Source: an uncultured virus (IMG/VR IMGVR_UViG_3300022555_000049)
Taxonomy: Duplodnaviria; Heunggongvirae; Uroviricota; Caudoviricetes
DNA length: 64,000 nucleotides
Strand: one strand, 5' to 3'
Virus record (IMG/VR): IMGVR_UViG_3300022555_000049
Positions within the stretch are counted from its first letter, which is position 1, and each line of letters opens with the position of its first letter. Shown here in pieces: positions 56,246 through 64,000 of the stretch. A model generated the notes under the pieces. The model ran no database searches. It was not told where the DNA came from and was given only the letters and a program-made list of their open reading frames with translations. The position numbers were made by a program, and so were the translations under genes.

Positions 56246-56998
56246 ATGGATATAAGAAAAATCATAAGTGAAGAAATATTAAAATTAAATGAAGCCTATA
56301 TAGACAAAGATGGTAATTTGGTTGATATGGATTATAATTTAGTGGATTTTAAATCCTTTCCACCGTCTGTATTAAAAACTCTTGATAATGAATATTCTAA
56401 TTATCAATACAATTTTGATTGGAATAGTAAGCAAGATGAGTATAGGGATGATCCTGAAGGCTTCACCGAATTTTTGGGAAAAAATAAAAGTGAGCAATTT
56501 TTAAAAAATATTAATAATATCATTAGGATGACAATTCAAGATATGATAATTAAAAAAAGGCAAGTGCTTGCTAAGAAAAAATTAAATGATTTTGAAGATT
56601 TAATAATACCTGCTTATGGGAATAAGATATTATCACAAAGATTAACTAAATATGAAGAATTGGTTTTAATGAATCCAGATGCAACACCAGAGAGTATTGA
56701 AAGGGGATTTATTGAAGCAAAAAATTTAATTGATAAAGATGGAAATATAAATCCATTGAAAACAGAATTATCCACAATATTTCGTGGTGGTGATGTTAAT
56801 TTACCAGCATTTGAAAGATTTGTTGAAAAGCATCCTGAGTATAGGAAATCATTTGACAGATGGAAGAAATTATTAGATGATGATACAAATTTGATGTTAA
56901 AAGAATTAAATGCATTTAGAGAGTCAACATCATATGAAAGAATTAAAGAATTGAGAGATTTTTTAATAAATTATAAAAAACAACATAATATTAAATAA
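56246..56998 (+). CDS. hypothetical, possibly virion-associated protein
   Basis: MDIRKIISEEILKLNE N-terminus preceded by GTATTTAT. Confidence 0.75.
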   Translation: MDIRKIISEEILKLNEAYIDKDGNLVDMDYNLVDFKSFPPSVLKTLDNEYSNYQYNFDWNSKQDEYRDDPEGFTEFLGKNKSEQFLKNINNIIRMTIQDMIIKKRQVLAKKKLNDFEDLIIPAYGNKILSQRLTKYEELVLMNPDATPESIERGFIEAKNLIDKDGNINPLKTELSTIFRGGDVNLPAFERFVEKHPEYRKSFDRWKKLLDDDTNLMLKELNAFRESTSYERIKELRDFLINYKKQHNIK

Positions 56999-57016
56999 TG
57001 ATACATCATAAAGCTA

Positions 57017-58581
57017 ATGGATAAAGTACAAAAACAATTAATTGACACATATTTTCGCAAGAGAAAGATTGCTAATGAGCAGGAATATCAATATGGATAT
57101 AGACATTATGAAATAATATATTTTATGAAAAATAACATACCTATTGAGAGAGATAAATATACTGATAATAGCATTGCTGATTTATTATTATATCATCCAG
57201 AATATTTTAGTATGTTTGATTTGTCAAAATTGAATTCCTCACAAATTGAGTATTTATTAGTTGAACAACCAACATTGATTGATAAGTTAGATTTGTCTAA
57301 ATTATATGGTTCACAAATAAGGAATCTTTTAATTAAAAATCCTTCATGGATTGATAGATTTACTGAATATTTGGATGAACTTTCAAGTGAAAACATTGAA
57401 GATATTATAGATGCGCATCCTTTGTTAGCAAACAAACTTCCGTTAATCAGTCTTAATGGTGACAGCATTGCAAACATTTTAAGTGGAAATCCTGATATTA
57501 TTAAATATTTCACTAATAATCAGTTAATGGATGAACTTAGTAGAGAAAATATAAAAGATATTTTAACATTTGAACCTCAATTAGCAAAATACTTTAAAGG
57601 TAGAATATAAATGGATAAAGCACAAAAACAATTAATTGATACATATTTTCGCAAGAGAGATATTGCAAGTGAGCAAAGTGAATTGTATTGGTATGTAGAA
57701 TATGAGGTAATTTATTTTATAACTAATAAGATAGATTTTGATGATACAAAAATTACTGGAGATATAATCGCTAATATAATTATAATTCATCCAGATTTAA
57801 TTGGGTATTTTGATTTGAAAAAACTTAGTGGAAACAACATTGGGAATATTTTAGAATTTCACCCAATACTTATAAGATATTTGAAAAAGATAATAGATTC
57901 ACACAATGAGTATTAAAATTTAGTTATATGGATAAAGTACAAAAACAGTTAATTGATACATATTTTCGTAAGAGGAATATCGCCAATAACCAAGATACTC
58001 AATATGAATTTGAGTCATATGAGATATTGTATTTTATTAATAACAATATTCCATTTGATTTATCAACTCTTAGTAGTAATACCATTGCTGGTATATTGGT
58101 AAAGCAACCATCATTAATTAATGAGTTTGATTTATCTAAACTTTCGTATTATCAAATTACATTCATTTTAAAACATCAACCACAATTATTTGATTATTTT
58201 GATATATCGAAATTTGATGGATACAATATTGCAGACTTATTAATTGCACAACCATTATTAATTGATAAGGTAAATTTAAGTATACTTAATGATGAAAACA
58301 TTACAGATATTTTAGTTGCGCAGCCTGAATTAATCAATAAATTTGATTTTATTATAAAATCAAATTGGCTTGTTGCAAATATATTAATAAAACAACCATC
58401 ATTAATAAATTATTTTGATTTGTCAAAATTTGAAAATTATCAAATTGCATATATTATAGAAAATCAGCCAACATTGATTAATAAAATTGATTTATCAAGA
58501 CTTAACGGTGAATATATATCACGCATATTATTGAAGCAACCTGAATTAGCAAAATATTTTAACAATAGAAATAATGGATAA
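57017..58581 (+). CDS. three tandem paralogs (57017-57610, 57611-57916, 57928-58581) with MDKxQKQLIDTYFRKR start and about 22-aa internal repeats
   Basis: shared N-terminus; repeated QPxLIxxFDLSKL units. Confidence 0.85.
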
Positions 58582-58971
58582 ATCACAAAAACAATTAATT
58601 ATTTTTCTTCACGAAGATTTAGTAATGGATTAACCAGATATTTAATTGCGGATCACCCTGAACTTGTTAGTAGTTTAAATATAACTAATTTAGATGGGGG
58701 ATCAATTTCAAAATCATTAATAGAGAATCCAGAACTAATCAATTATTTTAATGATAAGATTCTTAGTAAGATGGATATGATAGAAATTGGAAATATATTG
58801 AGATTACGTAAGGAATTATCTCCCCAATTAAAAAAATATAGTATTACTGAAACAATCATTGATTATCCAGAATATATAGACAAATATGATTTAAGCATTT
58901 TAGATCAGAACAACATAAATAAAATCATAAATGCACATCCAGAATTAGCACCATACTTCAAAGAAAAATAA
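58574..58971 (+). pseudogene. disrupted fourth paralog of the MDK family
   Basis: MDKSQKQLI stops after 19 aa; repeat units and HPELAPYFK end continue in another frame. Confidence 0.6.
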
Positions 58972-58995
58972 TAGTATTTATAAAAAAGATTACCA

Positions 58996-60075
58996 ATGGA
59001 CGAGAGAATTAAAAGATTATTATATCTAGCAGAGTTTGACTATAAGAAAGACAAAAAACTCATTAAGGAAAATGTTGATGTTTTATTTGAGTCAAAGCAA
59101 ACTGAACAACAGGCAGCAGCGATATTAAAGTTACTTGATGAAAGAACTTTAACAGATTTAATTAATAAGTTTAAGACTGTTGATTTAAGTAAAAATCAAG
59201 TATTATTACCATTAATGGCTAAATCATATTTGGAAGTTGGTAATAGAGGTTTAAATGAATTATTGATTTTATTTAAGAGTGTTTCTGAATTGATTAATGC
59301 CAATAAGATTACTACCCCACAAATTACTGATGCTGGGTATGTTGTTAACAATAAAACTTTTAGGAATTATTTAGGTTTTGCTGAATTCATTCATGGTTTA
59401 GAAGGAATGTCTAAGGGGCATGCTGAGTGGAAGGGTAAGATTAATTTAGAGACTGATGAGCCACCGATATTTGAGGGTAATGGTATTAAGGTTTATGATG
59501 GTAATGATGTTGGTAAATGTATTAAATATAGTACAGGAGGTTTAACTGGTAAGCATTATGGCTTTTGTATTGGTCAGCCAGCGAATACTATGTGGCAGAG
59601 TTATAGAGATAGTAAGACAAGTACTTTTTATTATATTATTGATCAGAACAGAGAATTAAATGATCCTTTACACATTATTGTATTGGATTATACACAACAT
59701 GGGATTGAGTTAACTGATGCCAATAATAGTACTGGAAATATTGCTGAGTATGGAGAAGATGTGGAGTCGTATTTAAAATATTTGAAATCTAAGGGTGTTC
59801 CAATAAATATATTTGTTAATAAGGAAAAAACTCCTGATGAAGAGGCTGAACAAGAAAAATTAGGAAGTGGGAATCCAGATTTGAATTGGTTCAAGAAATT
59901 ATCATATGAAGAAAAGTCCAAGTATGTTGGTAGGGGACATTTATTGAGTGATGAGCAGTTTAATTATTTATGGGACTTTAAGAATGATAAAGGTGGTTAT
60001 CATTTATTGCATCAATATGTTGACACTGGTCAGGCGATTCCTGAAGAACAATTTAATGTATTGGTGAGTGATTAA
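58996..60075 (+). CDS. hypothetical, possibly virion-associated protein
   Basis: MDERIKRLLYLAE..LIKE N-terminus preceded by GTATTTAT; CIKY..FCIG..MWQSYR..TFYYI. Confidence 0.8.
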   Translation: MDERIKRLLYLAEFDYKKDKKLIKENVDVLFESKQTEQQAAAILKLLDERTLTDLINKFKTVDLSKNQVLLPLMAKSYLEVGNRGLNELLILFKSVSELINANKITTPQITDAGYVVNNKTFRNYLGFAEFIHGLEGMSKGHAEWKGKINLETDEPPIFEGNGIKVYDGNDVGKCIKYSTGGLTGKHYGFCIGQPANTMWQSYRDSKTSTFYYIIDQNRELNDPLHIIVLDYTQHGIELTDANNSTGNIAEYGEDVESYLKYLKSKGVPINIFVNKEKTPDEEAEQEKLGSGNPDLNWFKKLSYEEKSKYVGRGHLLSDEQFNYLWDFKNDKGGYHLLHQYVDTGQAIPEEQFNVLVSD

Positions 60076-60098
60076 TAATAATTAGTAATAATTAGGTA

Positions 60099-60677
60099 TT
60101 AAGTATTTTTAAGTTTCTGTAGAGTTTTCTCTCCGTATTTTAAAATGAAATGTTCATGCAAGTAAATACCTCTGCAATGTCTTTGTATTTCATGCATTGA
60201 CAAATTTAGTTTTTGTCCTGCAATTTCCGTATTAGGGTAAATATCAATAAACTTTCCATATTCATCATAATGTTCAACGGTATATCTTTTAGCGAATATT
60301 GGTAAGGTACGAGATTTTCTTCTATTGGCTTTCATTATTTTTATTCTCTCATAGATATAATCAATGAGTATTTTATTTGGTATTGTTGTGAAACCAAATG
60401 TTAAGATTTCTTTTTCTTTAAACCAATAGGAATTATGGGCAAGTCTATTTTTAATTAATTTACATTCCAGTACATCATAGATTTTGCTTTTAGCAGAACC
60501 GTTAATGATGTGGTAGTCTTTAAATATTTCAATTGCTGCATGTTTACAGGAATCCCAGACTTTCAATAGATTTCCCTCTTCATCATATTGAACAACCTTT
60601 ATATATTTACTTTCGCTAAGTTTAGTTATGGTATTAGCATCTCTAATTCTACTTTTCCAATAGCCAGTGTGGTTCAT
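60099..60677 (-). CDS. NUMOD1-repeat DNA-binding protein (homing endonuclease-associated)
   Basis: VVQYDEEGNLLKVWDSCKHAA and VEHYDEYGKFIDIYPN. Confidence 0.65.
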   Translation of the reverse strand: MNHTGYWKSRIRDANTITKLSESKYIKVVQYDEEGNLLKVWDSCKHAAIEIFKDYHIINGSAKSKIYDVLECKLIKNRLAHNSYWFKEKEILTFGFTTIPNKILIDYIYERIKIMKANRRKSRTLPIFAKRYTVEHYDEYGKFIDIYPNTEIAGQKLNLSMHEIQRHCRGIYLHEHFILKYGEKTLQKLKNT

Positions 60678-60686
60678 ATTATTGAT

Positions 60687-61635
60687 TTACATTAATGGGT
60701 CTTCTTTAAAATATTCGACAGTGTTTAGTTTGGACATGTCGAAAGTTTTTAAGATTGGTATAGTTGCAATAAGTTTATTTTTGTCAAAATTTACCATTAA
60801 GATTTCTTCTCTAAATTCGTCACATCTCATTGCTTTACGTTTTGCATCATGGTCATCGGTTGCCAGTGTAAAATAATATAATGCTTCACCTTTAAATATA
60901 TTAGGGTTTGTATATTTAACACAGAATATGTATGTTATTGGTGCTTGATTGTATAATCTACCTTCACCGTTAAAGTAATGATAATTTTCATCAACATTTA
61001 ATTGGAGTAAATATTCCTCTGGTAGATTTCTTTCAAATTCATCGATAACAAATCCTTTTTTATTTAATATTCTAAAATTTACTTTTTTCATTTAGAAGTT
61101 GTTTCCGTTATTGGAAGGTATAATGGAATTTATATTATCAGTAGTTGAAGAATAATCACCAGTGGAAGTAATAATATTTCCATTCTTAATACCTACATTC
61201 AATTTTTGATTAGTTTTTATTTCCTCATAATCGATATGTGGATATTGTTTTGAAAATGTTTCCATATAGTCACAATTATTACATTTGTGTGGGAATTGTG
61301 GTGGGTAGGTACTAAACACAGTTTCCGTTGGTCTAAGATAACCCTTATTACATTTAGGGCAGCGATAATCTACTTGTACTTGTTTTACTTCTTTTCTAGT
61401 TTCTGACATTTGGTAATTGTTATTAGTGATCTCTAATTATTAATTCTTTATCAGTTATGATTATTTCATTTACTTCTTTTTTATATTTTTCATAAAGTTC
61501 GTCTACAACACTCATTATGTTTCCACATTTACAAGTACATAATCGATATGGCGGCATTGTTGCATAATGATATTCATATTCTTCTATAATTTCACCACAT
61601 CGGTCACAGATAATTGTATTAATATTTTTCTTCAT
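60687..61635 (-). CDS. hypothetical genes (60687-61091; 61092-61409 and 61423-61635 Zn-ribbon proteins)
   Basis: packed co-oriented ORFs with CxxC..CxxC. Confidence 0.7.
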
Positions 61636-62906
61636 AATGTATAGGTATTTAAACTTTTACTCAACACGCCTTTCACGTCATAAATAATTGAACTTGGGAG
61701 GGTTAAATGATCATAGTTATACGTTAAAAATTCATCATGAGCAACGGCAAGGATAATAGCATCATAAATTTTATCGTTTTTATTTATTAGCTCTATTCCA
61801 TATTCATTTTTAACTTCATTTGGATTTGCATAATTGTCATAAACATCGACATGGGTGTTATAAGACAATAATTCGTTATAAATGTCAATAACTCTGCTAT
61901 TTCTAATATCCGTACAATTTTCTTTAAAAGTAATGCCCAGTATTAATATTTTTGCATTATCAATTCTAATATGATTTTTAGCCATTAATTTAATTACTTC
62001 CGTAGCAATATATTTTCCCATGCCAGAATTTATTCTTCTTGCTGCCAATATTAATTCTGGATTGTAGCCATATTCCAAGGCTTTTTGGGCAAGATAATAT
62101 GGATCGACACCAATGCAGTGTCCACCAACCAAACCTGCTTTAAATGGCAAGAAATTCCATTTAGAACCAGCTGCTTCTAAAACATCGTTGGTGTTAATGT
62201 CCATGAGATTAAAAATTTTTGCAAATTCATTAATTGTTGCAATATTTATATCTCTTTGGGTATTTTCGATTATTTTTGCTGCTTCAGCTACTTTAATTGA
62301 GGTTGCTTTGAATGTACCATTAAGCAATACTGAGTTATAAACATTATCTATTAATGTTGCAACTTCGGGAGTCGAGCCACTGGTAATTTTTTTAATTTTA
62401 TCGATAGTATGTACTTTATCGCTAGGGTTTACACGTTCTGGTGAATAGCCAGCAAAAAAGTCTTTATTATATTTTAATCCAGAAGATAGTTCAATCATTG
62501 GTATACATTCTTCTTCTGTGGCTGTTGGGTAAACAGTTGATTCATAAACAACGATATCTCCAATAGATATAACTTTACCAACATCATGAGATGCCATTAA
62601 TAATGGTTTCATATCAGGGTGGTTATATTTATCTACGGGTGTTGGGACAGTAACAATATAAAAATTTGAATCTTTAACATCGTTTAAATCATTGGTACAG
62701 TACAAACCAACTTTATCATCGTTTGATGGTTTTAGTACCTGCTTTAATAATTCTTCATCTACTTCCAGAGTGCGATCAATGCACATATTTAATTCATCGA
62801 CTCTTTCTTTATTAATATCGATTCCAACCACAGAATATTTTGTGGCGAATAGTCTGGCTAATGGTAAACCAACATAACCCAATCCAACTATAGCAATTTT
62901 CATCAT
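61632..62906 (-). CDS. nucleotide-sugar dehydrogenase (UDP-GlcNAc/GalNAc 6-dehydrogenase, TviB/WbpO-like)
   Basis: GLGYVGLPLA, VTVPTP, ESTVYP, YSPERVNP, GLVGGHCIGVDPYYL, GITFKENC.DIRNS. Confidence 0.92.
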   Translation of the reverse strand: MMKIAIVGLGYVGLPLARLFATKYSVVGIDINKERVDELNMCIDRTLEVDEELLKQVLKPSNDDKVGLYCTNDLNDVKDSNFYIVTVPTPVDKYNHPDMKPLLMASHDVGKVISIGDIVVYESTVYPTATEEECIPMIELSSGLKYNKDFFAGYSPERVNPSDKVHTIDKIKKITSGSTPEVATLIDNVYNSVLLNGTFKATSIKVAEAAKIIENTQRDINIATINEFAKIFNLMDINTNDVLEAAGSKWNFLPFKAGLVGGHCIGVDPYYLAQKALEYGYNPELILAARRINSGMGKYIATEVIKLMAKNHIRIDNAKILILGITFKENCTDIRNSRVIDIYNELLSYNTHVDVYDNYANPNEVKNEYGIELINKNDKIYDAIILAVAHDEFLTYNYDHLTLPSSIIYDVKGVLSKSLNTYTL

Positions 62907-63127
62907 CTAACTTGTTTACGTAGGTCTTCAATTAATTTTCTATTTTCTTTCATAAAATTAGAATTTTCTTTAATTAAAGAATTATTTTTTCTAATGTTTT
63001 TTCTATTTAATGTAATTTGTCTAATTGCGAAGATTAGTACAATAATGTTTGTTATTGAGAGGAGTGTGTAAAGAATGTCCATTGGTGATAATGATTAAAA
63101 TTTATTTGTTAATATTATTTGATTATT

Positions 63128-63586
63128 TTATCTTTCGAATTCGATGTATTGCGGTACTTTTGGTGTATAATCAGTTCCCCATAAATCAGAAGTTATCATT
63201 AAGTCTGCTGAGTGTCTATTACAAGCAACTGGAATGTTATGTATTCTACATTGACGCAAAAGCATTTGAATATCCGCTTCATGTGGATTTGCAGACAGAT
63301 CATCGATAAGGAAAATACAAATATCAATTTCACCTGTTGCAACAAGGGCAGCAATTTGGGCATCACCACCCATCGGACCGGAGTTGAATTTCGTTAAACG
63401 TATTAGTTTAAATCCGCTTGATGAGTTCATTACATATTTATGTAATGCTTCTTCAATTAGTTTACCAGTCGTACCTGTGCAATATAAATCATTATCCAAT
63501 AACGTACTAGCATTATGCTCTGCCCATTCGACCATATCTTGCTTGCGCCGGTTGTGGGCAATAAGTGCAATCTTTTTATTTTTCAT
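63128..63586 (-). CDS. mgsA: methylglyoxal synthase
   Basis: IALIAH, CTGTTG, SGPMGGDAQI, PHEADIQMLLR.C..HNIPVACN..SAD. Confidence 0.93.
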   Translation of the reverse strand: MKNKKIALIAHNRRKQDMVEWAEHNASTLLDNDLYCTGTTGKLIEEALHKYVMNSSSGFKLIRLTKFNSGPMGGDAQIAALVATGEIDICIFLIDDLSANPHEADIQMLLRQCRIHNIPVACNRHSADLMITSDLWGTDYTPKVPQYIEFER

Positions 63587-63637
63587 TTATTTTTTTTGTA
63601 AAGCTACGTAAAAAATAAATGATTTGCAAACACTTTT

Positions 63638-64000
63638 TTATTTTTCTAGTTGTTTTTCCAAGATTTTTGCCATTTCATATAATTTATGTACCAAAGAATT
63701 TTCATAAATTTTTTCAACGATAGTATTTCCATACATTTCTTCAATTGATGATTCTCCGTACATTTCCAAAACTTTTGATTCTTCGTTCATATAATTAATT
63801 CTTGATTTATCAAACATTTTTTGAACAATAGCATATTTCCACATTTCTTCAATTGCCGAATGTTCGTGCATTTCAAAAACTTTTGACATATGATTTAATT
63901 TATCTGCTTGTGACATGTTATGCATTTCCTCAATATTTGCATCGCCTTTAAGTACAACAATACGTGAATGGTCATGCATTTCGAATATCTTTGCTCTTTC
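63638..64000 (-). CDS. partial hypothetical protein with 9-aa-like repeats (runs off the window)
   Basis: repeated M(H/Y/N)xxSxIEE pattern; open frame towards the window end. Confidence 0.6.
   Translation of the reverse strand, partial: ERAKIFEMHDHSRIVVLKGDANIEEMHNMSQADKLNHMSKVFEMHEHSAIEEMWKYAIVQKMFDKSRINYMNEESKVLEMYGESSIEEMYGNTIVEKIYENSLVHKLYEMAKILEKQLEK

Noticed and set aside
1..64000. Stop-codon reassignment (code 15 or 4) as in some Bacteroidota phages
   Set aside because: Recognisable genes are full length under code 11, and TAG/TGA end several ORFs at sensible positions

Overview
AT-rich (roughly 27-30% GC by eye), gene-dense segment of what looks like a large (jumbo) phage genome infecting Bacteroidota. 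Support: rIIA/rIIB, free-standing homing endonucleases, dozens of short hypothetical genes, Bacteroidota-type TTG-N19/20-TAnnTTTG promoters, and no host housekeeping operons. Main systems seen: (1) a stand-alone compact type V CRISPR locus, with a 535-aa TnpB/Cas12f-like RuvC protein (2500-4107), a promoter and structured leader, and a 6-repeat/5-spacer array (4353-4719), but no cas1/cas2. (2) An integron-like array of small gene cassettes separated by attC-like inverted repeats with matching cassette ends (about 18190-21860), lying between rIIB and rIIA, with no integrase in the window. (3) A phage ECF sigma factor (52860-53600) and about 40 copies of an ECF-type promoter motif TGTAAC-N16/17-CGTATA. 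(4) A 266-nt group I intron splitting a small gene (29063-29328). (5) Several candidate non-coding RNAs, including two aberrant tRNA-like elements. Auxiliary genes include mgsA, a UDP-sugar dehydrogenase, a macrodomain and an ART-like/ASCH fusion. Family names come from motifs recognised by eye; no database search was run.
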